NCBI GenBank assembly: GCA_043228905.1
Contig: JBHGNT010000002.1
Location: forward strand, 2,480,001-2,544,000
DNA: 64,000 bases
Source: Azolla caroliniana
Lineage: Eukaryota; Plantae; Polypodiophyta
Reading direction: 5' to 3'
This document shows positions 13,801 through 26,123 of this stretch, piece by piece. The notes beneath the pieces are model-generated. The model was not told the origin of the DNA. It saw only the letters and a program-made list of their open reading frames with translations, and ran no database searches. Each line of letters opens with the position of its first letter. Within the stretch, counting starts at the first letter, position 1. The position numbers and the translations under genes are program-made.

Positions 13801-14783
13801 ATCATTTCCTCTCCTATCATGGTATCATAATGATTTCCTAAAGGATGGGATAGCTTCAGTCAATTACTCTGGCCATCTTGCCGGCACCTTCTTGTGCATT
13901 TGCCTCCCTCTACCTCTTTCACACTGTTGTCTCCATTTCGCCAGCCTGTCTCTTTGACTACAATAATTGAGCCTTTATGAACCTAAGATCTTAAAGAGGT
14001 TTCTTCTTTGTTTAATATTACCATCACAGGGAAACTATTACGCTGAATAATTGGTGGTTTGTTTAGGGTGTTACCTTCCTTTGTTAGCTCCTAAGGGATA
14101 TTTCACCCTGCTTGATGAAATGGAATTCTAATTACTTATGAACTGCAATTTAGTCTATAATTCGTCAAAATTCATTTGCTATATTAAATCACAATTCATC
14201 AAAACTCTGTTTTATAATTCATGAGGATTCCATTTGAATCCTTTCAAAACTGATTATTTATCTAAAGAGTTCATAATTCGTCAAATATATATATACAACA
14301 TTCACTTCATACAGACGTTTTATTAGAACTCCATTTGTCCTTTTAAGGATGATTATTTAAATGTATAGTCCACAATTCGTCAAATCTGTTTTAAATATAT
14401 GATACAACATTCACTTCATACAGATGTTTTATTCGCATCCAAAATCAAACTAGATTTAGAAAAGAAGTACAGGAAAACCTCTTTTAGTTAGCCACAGTAA
14501 ACTTCAGGAAACGAAAGCCTTCAACACGAAGGAACAGATTGATTAAGCATGAAATAAAACGAAGCGTTTAAAGTTACACAATGTTGAAACACTCGTTCCA
14601 AGCCATTTCATGAAGAAAATGAAAGGAAGCCAGAAACAACAATAAAGAAGAAAGTGGGAGATCTAAAGAACAAAAAAAAAAACCCTAAATTTTGGCCGCA
14701 CAACGGGGTAAGGAAACAGGATGCCATGGGAACAGATAAAAGAAAACGTAAAGATTATGAGAGAAGGATGGACTCACCGCCAT
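4857..14783 (-). CDS. BPA1: BPA1-like RRM-domain protein (binding partner of ACD11 family); coding exons 14778-14783, 6358-6461, 6158-6233, 5864-5956, 4857-5342
   Basis: GT-AG splicing gives MA|TRTVKVSNLSLKVTERDIHDFFSFSGEI...VAFVTFKDPEAIETAILLS|GATIVDQVVTIT...KAQDMISTMLAKGYDLGKDA, the BPA1/BPL family signature, with consistent phases. The 6-nt first exon (ATGGCG|GTGAGT) is the least certain part. Confidence 0.88.
5640..5822. mobile_element. Degenerate MULE-type MITE in BPA1 intron 4
   Basis: Imperfect inverted repeat (TATTCACCAGAATACCCC at 5671 vs GAGCTATTCTGGTAAATA at 5771) sharing the TATTTACCAGAAT motif of the MITE at 461-773. No TSD seen. Confidence 0.45.
6593..12254 (+). mobile_element. 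Full-length Ty1/copia LTR retrotransposon (element 1) in BPA1 intron 1
   Basis: LTRs 6593-6983 and 11861-12254 (TG...CA, few differences). PBS TGGTATCAGAGC (tRNA-iMet) at 6984-6995, PPT at 11850-11860, TSD TGTGT on both sides. Domain order gag-PR-INT-RT-RH. Confidence 0.97.
7053..11866 (+). pseudogene. Copia gag-pol of element 1 (disrupted)
   Basis: Gag with CCHC knuckle (CWYCGKKGHRESEC), PR (WYVDSGAS), INT (HSDVWG/RSDG/AERKN), RT ([13 protein letters not shown]), RH (YTDADWA). Frameshift near 7996, 12-bp deletion in the INT 'SFIDD' motif relative to element 2, stops at 11216 and 11762. Confidence 0.93.
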
Positions 14784-14924
14784 AGCCCGAGATCGTGTAA
14801 AGCTTCAGATTCTGCAGGAGAAAAAAGAAATAGAAGAAATGGTTCGTTTTCGTTTTTTTTTCTTCACATCACTTCACTTCACTTCACTTCACTGTATGTA
14901 TTGGAGCTCAGATCACAAAAGAAA

Positions 14925-15085
14925 TTTATATATAGAAAAAACAATAAAATAAAATAAAATACATGCCCACGTGGCAATCCCAGCCTGCCCACCTGGCAAG
15001 TCATGGACGCCCACGTGTCGACGCATGGCTTGTTGTAGGCGGTTCATGTGCCCACGTGGCAAATCCGAACCTACATACGTGGCAA
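14925..15085 (-). promoter_or_regulatory. BPA1-like promoter: TATA box and G-box/ABRE cluster
   Basis: CTATATATAAA on the minus strand about 145 bp upstream of the ATG. GCCCACGTGGC at 14965 and 15050, GCCCACGTGTC at 15009, TACGTGGC at 15076 and GCCCACCTGGC at 14987. Confidence 0.6.
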
Positions 15086-15363
15086 CCCGAGTGATAAATA
15101 GTGAGATAGGCTAGAAAGGTAATTCCTGCTATCTATCACTAGGTATATAAGTTAATAATACGAGGGTTTTTCCTCTGTGCCCGCCAAAACATTTTTTGTG
15201 TCGGATTCTTTTTGTGCTCTCTTGCTTTTCTATGTGTTGTCTTCTGTGTGTGTTGCTCTCTTGCTTCCTGTGCAAGAAAACAGCAGCTCGTTCGCTTCCC
15301 ATTGCTCCTCCAATGGTGGTATCAGAGCGAAGGGCTTCGTGAGGGACCTCGTATGTGGTAGGA

Positions 15364-15805
15364 ATCGTTCGGTTTTTCCTGTCTTTGCCCTCTCTCTACT
15401 GTTTTTTTTCAAGAACTCGTCAAAGAGAGGTAGGTAATCTCCAAACTCTCTTGTTGCTGTAACGTCTTGTTGTTCGACTATTTTTCGAGCCATTTTTGGG
15501 GGAAATATACCTCTCGTTCAGTTTTTCCTATCTTTGCCCTCTCTCTGCCTTCTTTTTTTTTCAAGAACTTGTCAAAGAGAGGTAATCTCCAAACTCTCTT
15601 GTTGTTGTAAGGTCTTGTTGTTCGACTCTTTTTTGAGCCATTTTTGAGGGAAATATACCTCTCGTTCAGTTTTTCCTATCTTTGCCCTCTCTCTGCTGTT
15701 TTTTTTCAAGAGCTCGTCAAAAAGAGGTAATCTCCAAACTTTCTTGCTAATGCAAGATAACGTTGTTCAACTATTTTTCGAGCCATTTTTGGGGGAAATA
15801 TACCT
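15364..15805 (+). repeat. Three tandem ~149-bp repeats in the 5' leader of element 3
   Basis: TCGTTC(G/A)GTTTTTCC recurs at 15364, 15513 and 15662. Each unit ends GGGAAATATACCT. Confidence 0.88.
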
Positions 15806-15890
15806 TTGCAAGGTATTTTTGCTTCTCTAAACCTAGAAACAGAGAGGACTCGCTCGTTTCTAGTTTACAAAAGAGAGGACTTAGCATTTT

Positions 15891-18800
15891 TGTTGAGCAG
15901 CAAGCTCAACCAGAGCCGGATCAGCTGAATAAGCCTGAGTCGGTAAGCAAGATGAATCGGTATGCCGGTGAGCAACCGAGCCGGTAAGCAGTAAGGATCG
16001 GTGAGCTGGGGAGCCGGTATGCCGGATCCAATCCGTAACTGGAAGCCTAGTATAGGTTAGACTACTAGGCAGTTATAGTCTCATAGTTAGTGTCAAATGC
16101 TCGTATGAGCATTGAAGTACACCGTACTTCTAACAGTCCCGTGTGGACTTGTATAAATAGCACTTATGAGTGCGTTGTAGATACAGAGCACAGAGTATTC
16201 ATATAATTTTGAAAATTAGTGTGTCTTGCTCTCTCTCTCTCTCTCTCTGTCTCTCCCGCGTACTCTCTCTCTCTCCTTGTGTATTGTTCTTTCTAACGCT
16301 TCCGCAAGCAATCTTTTACATGGTATCAGAGCGCGTGGGTCGAGAACCTCTGATGCAGACATCTACGCTTGTGAAGGAAACCCTAACAGATCGGAAAGCA
16401 GACACAAAAGGAGAAATGGATAGAGGTATGGCTACGTCGCTCTCGGTGGAGAAGCTCAACAGAACCAACTACGCATCTTGGTCATACAAGATGCACCAGT
16501 ACCTGTTTGCCGATTCAGACAAATCCGGATCCGGCAAAGACCGGTAAGGAAGGCCGGCAAAGCTCGCACTACGCAAACGGATCGGGAGGATCCAAGAACG
16601 GTAAGGGGCCAGCTTTGGTGATCAAGCACAAGGCAAACTCAATGAAGAAGACCACTTCCAAATCGAAGGAAGTGTGGTACGTTGACTCCGGCGCATCGAA
16701 CCACATGACGAGCCACGGGGAGTGGTTCTTCTTTTTGGAGAAGCCGGATCAACCGGGAGTTGTCGAAACCGGAGACGACACTCCCCACCCGATCGTGCAC
16801 ATCAGAGAAGTCCCTTTGAGCCACGTCGGACAGAGGGGGAAGCTGATGAATGTATTACATGTTCCGACGATCACGAAGAACCTGGTGTCGGTCGGACAGA
16901 TCATCGACCAGGGGATGCAGGTGCGGTTTACGCACCTCGGGTGCTTCATTGAGGATGAGGGCGAAGTTATTGCGCAAGGGTGCAGAGATGGGAGGATGTT
17001 TATCCTCAACACCAATGACATCGGCACCGCACTGTTCGCCAAAGGACAGAAGGTCGAATCGGATATCGACCTGTGACACAAGCGGATCGGCCACGTCAAC
17101 TACCGAAGGCTTCAAGACCTGCAAACGGAACAAGTCGTTTTCGGTTTGCCGAAGTTTAGCGACCGAAGAGCCCAGATTTGTGAAGCTTGCCAACTCGGGA
17201 AGCAACACCGGCTTCCATTCCCCACCGAAAGAAATCGAAGCCGTAACAAGCTCGATCTTATCCATTCGGATGTGTGGGGACCGGCACAAAATGTTAGCAT
17301 TGGCGGGAGTCGATATTTCGTCTCCTTCATCGACGACTACACGTAGCATACGTGGATCTACCTCATTGAGCGGAAGAGTGAAGTCTTCGAGTGTTTCTGG
17401 AGCCTCCAGAAGATGGTGGAATGGGAATCGAAGAGGAAGATCAAATGCCTACAGTCGGATGGCGGAAAAGAGTACTTTTCCGACCAATTCAATAGCTATC
17501 TACAACAAAAAGGAATTTGGCGAGAATTCAGTTGTAGATACACACCGCAACAGAACGGTGTGGCCGAAAGGAAGAATCGGTTGTTGATTGACGCGGCTAG
17601 GGCAATGCTGGAGGAAAAGAGCATGCCCAAGTTCTACTAGGCGGAGGCGGTCCAAATAGTCGTTTACATCCAAAACCGGATCGGGGACAAGGTGTCAGCT
17701 CACGAGTTGTATTTCGGGCGCAAGCCGAATTTGAGACACCTCCGGATATTCGGCAGCATAGCCTATGTACATGTGCCGGATGAGAAGCGAAGAAAGCTGG
17801 ATGCAAAATCGGAAAAATGCATCCTAGTCGGCTATGCTCAAGAGCAAAAGGGGTATAAGTGTTATAACCCCCGGACGAAGTAGGTCCAAGTCAGCCGAGA
17901 TGTCGAGTTTGATGAATCAGCATCGTGGTATTCCTTACCGACTCCAACTTCCGATCCCGACCCGATGTCGGAGGATGGGGCCAGTGAGCCTGAACCGGCC
18001 CAGGTAGAGAAAGATGAAGTCGGGACTCAAGATAAGAGTCCGGAATCCTTCCAGTTAAGCAGACCGAATGAGAGACTGGATCAATCCAACAAGTCAGATG
18101 ATGAGATGGCGAGTAGTGGAGACTCTGTCGTGCTCTCCCCGCGCAAGGAACCGAGGAGACGGTTCACACGCAAAGAGAAAGGGAAGCAGAAGATGCCAGA
18201 ATTCGAGACCGGCAATGATGAGTCGGATCGGTGCGTATCTGACTTCGGCAAGGACATAGGCAGATCTTCGGGAACGAAGACTGAACCAGCCAAGAAGGGT
18301 CTCATATCGGATAACGGTGAGTTACGCCGGTCCACCCGCCAGAAGGATCCCATTAAACGGTACAGGTATAATGAGTACATGGCGCATCATTATGTGTACA
18401 TGACCAAGGTCGCGGAAGTGCGTGAGCCGGAGAGCTACGCAGAAGCGGCAAAGGACGCAAATTGGCGTGCCGCTATGGAGGAAGAAATGCGGGCATTGGA
18501 TGCCAACGGAACTTGGGACCTGGTTGACCCTCCCCGTCACTGTAAACCGATCGGATGCAAGTGGGTGTACAAGGTAAAGTACAATGCCGACGGTACAGTT
18601 AACCGGTACAAGGCCCGGTTAATGGCGAAGGGATATGCGCAGACCCACGGAATCGACTACGACGAGACCTTCGCTCCTGTAGCGAAGATGACAACGGTTC
18701 GTGTGGTACTGGCGGTTGTTGCGGCAAGGGGGTGGCATCTTCATCAGATGGATGTGAAGAATGCCTTCCTTCAAGGAGATCTTGAAGAAGAAGTCTTTAT

Positions 18801-20966
18801 GACTCAGCCCCCCGGATTTCAGTTGGAGGTGAACAAGTCGGTGGTATGCCGACTGAGGAAGTCGTTGTACGGCTTGAAGTAAGCCCCCCGTGCTTGGAAT
18901 GCTAAGATCACGCACCGGTTGCGAAAGATGGGGTTTGTTGCCTCTAAGTCGGACTCTTCCCTGTTCATCCGTCAAGGCTCAAACGGTCCGGTATGTATCT
19001 TACTCTATGTTGATGATTTAGTCATCACCGGCCCAGGTCTTCCGGAAATCAACCGCATCAAGTCCCAGTTGTTGGATGCATTCGATATGAAGGACTTGGG
19101 GGACCTTCATTATTTTTTGGGGATCGAGGTGATTCGCACCCCCGACGGCATATTGCTTTCTCAACGCCATTATGTGTTGAATATATTGTACAAGTTCGGC
19201 ATGACGGAATGCCAACCTGTCTCCACACCCCTGGACCGGAATCAGAAGATCCGTCCCAACTCCGGACCAGCCTACGATGAGAAACGGTTCCGACAAATAG
19301 TCGGAAGCCTGATCTACTTGACCATCACCCGACCCGACATTAGCTATTCGGTCGAATGGTAAGCCAATTCATGCAGAAGCCGACCGTGGAGCACCTTCAG
19401 TGCGCGCAACGAATATTGAGGTATGTAAGCGGCACTAAGGACCGAGGGCTCTTATACCGGCAAGGTACAACCGAAGAGCTTGTCGGCTACACGGATGCCG
19501 ACTAGGCTGGCGATGCAACAAATCGTCACTCAACTTCCGGCTTTATGTTTTCTCTTGGGAGCGCGGTTGTCGCGTGGAGCAGCAAAAAGTAGCCAACAGT
19601 GGCTCTATCCAGCACTGAGGTTGAATACCGGGGCGCGACCGTTGCCACCTGCGAAGCCATTTGGCTTCGGCGACTACTGCAAGACCTGCGGATCGAGGTA
19701 CCGACCCCGATCATGATCTACTGCGATAACCTCAGCAGCATGCAGCTCACCAAGAACCCTGTGTTCCATGCTCGCACAAAGCACATAGAATTGCATTATC
19801 ACTTCGTGCGTGAGCGGGTCCTGAGCGGTGAAGTTGAACTACGGTATGTTCACACGGATCGGCAAGTCGTCGACATCTTCACCAAGCCGCTCGGGTCGGA
19901 CAAGTTGCAGCACTTTACCGAAATGTTTGGTGTTCAGCATCTCGACGTGCCGCACTTGAGGGGGAGATGCAAGAGCAAAGACACTACCGAAACGGGGAAA
20001 GGCAAAAAAATTGTTGAACCCGTAGGTAAGAGAAGAACCGGTAAAGGTGGAGACAAGAAGAAAAATGAAGCCGAGTCGACGAAGGAAGTCGGCACATCTG
20101 AACAGGTCGGAGTGAGCGGCTGTGAAGAAGAAGTGTACACTTAGGAAGAGAAGTGCATGCTATGCGGAGGTCATCACGATCGTAATGACCATGATGCGGA
20201 GTCGAATGAAGAATTCGACTTCGGTGAACCGGCTGAAGAAGCCAAGGGAAGCACAGAGAAGGCCAAGACCCGGACGTGGTCCGATGTGGTGAGAGGCCTG
20301 AAGCCGAAAATCGAATCGGAGGATACCAATTCAGACAAGAGCTGGAACGAGTCGGAGACAGCCGATTCGGATCAACAGACGGATCCAGATGAGTCGGATC
20401 AACGAGAGGCCAAGGAGACACGGACGCAGCGAAAGTCGATGCCATCGCGGAGGAACCGACGGATCGGCAAGTGTTGGAGTCATAACAACGAAGGAGCTGA
20501 GATGGGCCTATTGAGCAGACATGCCGAAGGTTGAGGCGCGCAGAACCAAAGGGATCGCGGCAAACGGGACCGAACCGGACAAGGAGCGCGAGCAAGGCGA
20601 AGCGACGCCAGGAGAAGTCGGTTGGAAGAACTGGCTGCCACAGAGGTTGACACTACGACCCTACCTCAGGTTGAGCTTGAGGGGGAGTGTTGAGCGGCAA
20701 GTTCAACTGGAGCCGGATCGGCTAAATAAGCCTGAGCCAGTGAGCTGGGGAGCCGGTATGCCGGATCCAATCCGTAACTGGAAGCCTAGTATAGGTTAGA
20801 CTACTAGGCAATTATAGTCTTGTAGTTAGTGTCAGATGCTTGTGTGAGCATTGAAGTACACCGTACTTCTAACAGTCCCGTGTGGACTTGTATAAATAGC
20901 GCTTATGAGCGCGTTGTAGATACAGAGCACAGAGTATTCATATAATTTTGAAAATTAGTGTGTCTT

Positions 20967-21056
<90 letters not shown>

Positions 21057-21119
21057 GCGTACTCTCTCTCTCTCCTTGTGTATTGTTCTTTCTAACGCTT
21101 CCGCAAGCAATCTTTTACA
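15891..21119 (+). mobile_element. Ty1/copia element 2 (same lineage as element 1), nested in element 3
   Basis: LTRs 15891-16320 and 20688-21119, PBS at 16321-16332, PPT at 20677-20687, TSD ATTTT on both sides. Confidence 0.96.
16416..20693 (+). pseudogene. Copia gag-pol of element 2; most of gag deleted, many nonsense codons
   Basis: MDRGMATSLSVEKLNRTNYASWSYKMHQYL is joined directly to the post-zinc-knuckle region (ADSDK). PR/INT/RT/RH are colinear with element 1. Multiple TAG/TGA/TAA stops and a frameshift near 19360. Confidence 0.92.
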
Positions 21120-21358
21120 ATTTTCAATGCACACTCACTTTATGTAAGACTGTGAAATTGGAAGTTATGTCTTAGTCGCATTCCATTTACCTTTGGCTGA
21201 GGTAAGAGTGAGGTTGTTCTTAGGTGAACACACATACATACTTTTGAACATGGTGTTCATTATACTTGAGACCAGCTAGTGAGTAGCGTCCCAACTATCA
21301 TTAGGTGCTTAGATTTGCAATCGACTAAGCTTACTTACCACCCAATGGCGCCTCCGAA

Positions 21359-24300
21359 ATGTTTGAGGTTTCGAGTACCTCACATGGTGGTTCCTTTAAT
21401 TCCCATAGAAATCACTCTATGAGTGGAAAATACCACCTTGAGATCCGTAAATTTGACAAATCCAACTTCGCCTTGTGGAAGAATCAGATGAGAGATGTTT
21501 TGATTCAAAGAAGGCAATTAAGACCATTAGGTGGTGAAGCCAAGAGACCTGAGGGCATGACCATGGACGATTGGGAAGAGCTCGATCTCTTGGCAATGTC
21601 TACCATAAGATCGCACCTAGTTGACAACATGTACTTCACGGTCTTGGATTGTGACTCAACCGAAATGTTATGGACTAAACTATGTAGTACATACGAAAAA
21701 GAGACCGCATCAAACAAAGTTTATCTAATGAGAAAATTTTATGATCTTCGAATGAAGGACAACGATAGTGTTGCCTCTCATTTGAATGATTTTGATGCAC
21801 TATGGTCACAATTACAGGCTCAGAAAATGATTATGGACGATGAGCTAAAATGTGTATTTTTATTATGCACTTTGCCTAGCGCATGGGACACTTTTTGCAC
21901 CGCTATTAGTGCTAGTGCACCAAATGAGAAATTAGTCTATAATGACATATGTGGAACACTATTGGGTGAAGAAATTCGTAGGAAATCTGTCATTGCATCA
22001 CATAATGGAGATGCATATAATGTTTATGACATTGATTCTCGCAAGAACCAACACCGTGGTAGGAGCCAAACGAGAAATAGTAGTGGAAATGATAGAGGTA
22101 GAAGCAAATCTAGGAAGAAAAACATGGAGTGTCATTCTTGCCATAAAAATGGACACCTCAAGCAAGATTGTTATGCCCTAAAAAATAAGGAGAAAGATAA
22201 TGCTAGATTCAAAGGTGATGGGCATGGAAGACAATCTAGTGGGCTCTCTTCCTCCGTGGAAATAGAGGAAGTAAATGCAACATGTGATGAGATAGACATC
22301 TTGGTCCTAGATTATATTAGCACACATGTTGGGGTGAATATGGTTTTGTCTCCATCACATACGTGGTTGTTGGACTCCGGTGCATCATTCCACGTGACTC
22401 CACATAGAAAGTGGTTCACATTTTATGAAGCCAAGTCAATTGGGAAAGTTAGACTTGGAGACTCACATCAGTGTGATGTGATTGGCATTGGAGATATCTC
22501 AATGCACTTTAGTGATGGTTCTCATCTTACCATTAAAGATGTACGCCATGTTCTTAACTAACTCGTAGTCTAATGTCCGTTGGTTAGCTTGATGACAACG
22601 GATCTAAGGTGATATTTGCTTCCCAATCCTTTCGTATAATGAAAGGAAGTATGATTGTTGCAAGAGGGAACAAAGTTGGTTCCCTCTTCCCTCTATTTGT
22701 TCATCAAAAAGAACATTTGTTGGTTGTCACATACCAGCGAATGACGAGCATTTGGCATGGCCGTTTAAGCCACATGTCAAGAAATGGCATGGAAATTCTA
22801 TCCTGTTATGGCCACTTACCTAAGTTTTCATTCTCTAATTTTGCCTTATGTGAACATTGTCAACATGGTAAGCAAACTAGAGTTGCACATATGACCAATG
22901 TTAACTTATCCACTAAACCATTGAACCTTGTCCACATAGATGTCTATGGACCTATGCCCACAAGATATTTGGGTTGTGCACTGTATTTTGTTACTTTCAT
23001 TGATGATGCCACCAGGAAAGTTTGGGTTTATCCGATTAAGGGAAAGGATGATGTATACCCTACTTTCAGAAATGGCTTAGTTCGGTTGAGTTGGAAAAGG
23101 ACATAAAGCTTACAGCTTTACATTCGGACAGTGGAGGTGAGTATACCTCTCACGAATTTTGTGACTTTTGTAAGTCTAGAGGCATTCAGAGAGAGTTTAC
23201 AGCTCCTCACACCCCTGTCCAAAATTGTGTGGTTGAGAGGATGAATAGAACCATCCGGGACAGAGTTGTCTCTATGCTACACCATGCAAACCTCTCGCAA
23301 GGTTTTTGGGCATAAGTTGTTTTAACAACAGTCCATGTGATTAATCTATCAACGAACACAGCCATAGTTCTAAAAGTGGCACAAGAGTTGTGGACAGGCA
23401 AGACACCTGATTATGCTCATCTTAGAGTTTTTGGATGCGAAGCAGATGTACACGTTCCAAAAACTCTAAGAAAGAAATTGGACTATAAATGCAGAAACGT
23501 ATATTCCTTGGTTACGGAATTGATGGGCAGTTTGGATATCGCTTATGGGACCTTGACACACGTACCGTGGTCAGAAGTAGTGATGTTGCTTTTTATGAGA
23601 ACAAAATGTATAAACAGTCTGTAAAGGAGGTAGAAGTGAGAAAGGTTGTGTTTAAAGATATTATGCCTTCTGTTGATGTAAAACAGAAAAATCTTATCAA
23701 TGTTGATGCTTCTACATGTGGTTGGTACGAAAAACTCTTATTGGTCAATATGATGATGCCCGACACAATGATGTGCAAAATGATGATTTTCAGCAAAAAT
23801 ATGCTTAGAATGATGTTTCTCATGCACAACCTGATGGTATTTAGGTTCAGGAATCATTGAGGAGATCCACACGTGTCTCCAAAGCACCTAGTAAATTTGA
23901 TGATTATGTAATGCTATCATATGTCGGTGAGCCTTCATGTTATAATGAAGCCATATATGTCTACAATCATGCTAAGTGGAAACAAGTTATGCAAAATGAG
24001 TTGGATAGTATCCATAAGAATGGAACTTGGGATTTAGTGCCTTTGCCAAAAGGTAAGAAAGCATTACCATGTAAATGGGTGTATAAATACAAATACACAT
24101 CTGATAGTGTTCATCCCAAGTATAAAGCTCGCATTGTGGCAAAAGGTTTTAAACAAGAACAAGGAGTCAATTTCGATGAAATCTTCTCTCTTGTAGTCAT
24201 GATGACTATGTTACGCATGATGCTTGCATTGGTTGCCAAGAATGATCTTGATTTATTTCAAATGGATGTAAAGACTACTTCTTTGCATGGAGACCTTGAT

Positions 24301-25481
24301 GAAGAGATCTATATGGAGCAACCAAAGGGTTTTGAAGTTTATGGGAAAATGCCTTTGGTATGTAAACTTAAGAAAAGTTTATATGTTCTTAAGCAATCAC
24401 CACGAAAATGATATAAAAAATTCAATACTTTTATGAGGTCCCAAAGTTATGCTAGGAGTAATGAAGACTAATGCTTATATACGAAGAAATGTATAGATGA
24501 CTCGTATTGATTTTGATACTCTATGCAGATGACATGCTCATCGTCGGTAAGAACAAGGATGAGTTGTCCAAACTAAAGAAAAATTTGAGTCAAACCTTTG
24601 ATATGAATGATTTGGGAAATGCTAAACACATCCTTGGAATGTGTATTACTCGGGATAGGGGTAATGGATGTATTTATCTGCCTCAATCTGGGTATGTATG
24701 CAAAATACTCAAGAGGTTTAATATGGAGAATGCAAAGCCTTTGAGCAGTCCATTATCTATGCATGTTAAATTGAGCAAAGATGACTACCCCTAATCTGAT
24801 CATGAAAAGGAGTTCATGAGTAAATTCCCTTACTAGTCTGTTGTTGGTAGTCTTATGTACGCTATGATAGCGACTAGGCCAAACATTGCATTTGCAGTGG
24901 GAGCTGTGAGCAAATTTTTGTCAAACCTTGGTAAAAAACATTGGGAGGTAGTTAAACTGATATTAAGATATTCGTGTGGCACTAAGAATAAGTGTTTATG
25001 TTTAGGTGGCGGAAATGTATCCATTAATGGATATACAGACTCTGATTATGCTGGTTGTTTTGACAACAGAAAATCCACTTCAGGGTACATTTTTCAGTTT
25101 ATGGGAGGTGCCATATCTTGGAGATCTCGACTCCAATAATGTATTGCTCTATCCACTACAAAAGCAGAGTATGTTGCAGCTAGTGAAACATGCAAGAAAG
25201 TCGTATGGTTGTCCAGATTAGCTTGTGACATGGGCATACCTAAACTTATACCCATATTGTTTTGTGATAGTCAGAGTGCCATTGCATTGGCAAAAAACCC
25301 AGTATACCATGCAAAGACCAAACACATTGGAGTGCGATATCACTTCATTCGAGAATGCATAACTGTTGGCTACATCAGTCTTGAGAAAGTTGTCTCTCAA
25401 GAAAATGTCGCAGATGCATTGACCAAAGCTCTACCGCGTGATATGTTAGAGCATTGTTGTCACTTGGTGGGAATTACTTAA
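21359..25481 (+). pseudogene. Copia gag-pol of element 3 (fragmented)
   Basis: Gag (KFDKSNFALWK, CHSCHKNGHLKQDC), PR (WLLDSGAS), INT (FIDDATRKVW, SDSGGEY), RT (QMDVKT, YADD), RH (YTDSDYAG, KTKHIGVRYHF), spread over several frames. Confidence 0.92.
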
Positions 25482-26123
25482 GTGTTCAGGTTACACACTG
25501 TTTTTGTATATTATGTAACATATTCATCAAGTAGGATGTGTAGGTCTTGTGCAATCTTCCCATCAACTTTGTTGATCCCTTGTTTGGCCTTTAGTGGGAG
25601 ATTGATAGATAGTAAGAAAGGCCAAAAAGGTAATTCTCACTATTTATCACTAGGTATATAAGTTAATAATATGAGGGTTTTCTTTTGTGCCCGCCAAAAC
25701 ATTTGTTGTGTCTTCTTTTTGTGCTCTCTTGTTTTTCTATGTGTTGCTCTCTTGCTTTATGTGCAGAAAAACAGCAGCTTGTTCGCTTCCCATTGCTCCT
25801 CCAACGTCGAGCCTGCCTACATGGCAACTCACGACATATTGACCTCGTGGCTTGTCAAGATGGTCCATTTGCCCACGGATTGACTCATAGATTGTTGAGA
25901 ACTTGAGATTATCCACGTGGCTTGGCTTGGCGGTGCTTTCAAATCATTTCTCGTTGGAGAACTGTCATCGTGTGAATCATGTCTCATGCTAGACTGGGAT
26001 TTTCACATGGCTTTCCTTTCTTAGGGTTTAGGGTTTACTATCGTGCGTGTTGCATTTTCGCTCATACGTGGGGAGGATCAATTGTTCGTTGAAGATTCAT
26101 TATGATTTGGCTGCCCAAAACAT

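Larger units (their letters stand above)
15092..25806 (+). mobile_element. Older Ty1/copia element (element 3, Tnt1/Tork-like), host of nested element 2
   Basis: LTRs 15092-15315 and 25603-25806 (diverged). PBS TGGTATCAGAGC at 15317-15328, PPT AGTGGGAGAT at 25593-25602, TSD CCGAG/TCGAG (1 mismatch). Lineage assignment is inferred from the gag sequence. Confidence 0.9.

Noticed and set aside
14150-14440. Degenerate ~110-bp repeats (AATTCGTCAAA; TACAACATTCACTTCATACAGA) in BPA1 intron 1
   Set aside because: Real, but looks like ordinary local duplication with no sign of function.
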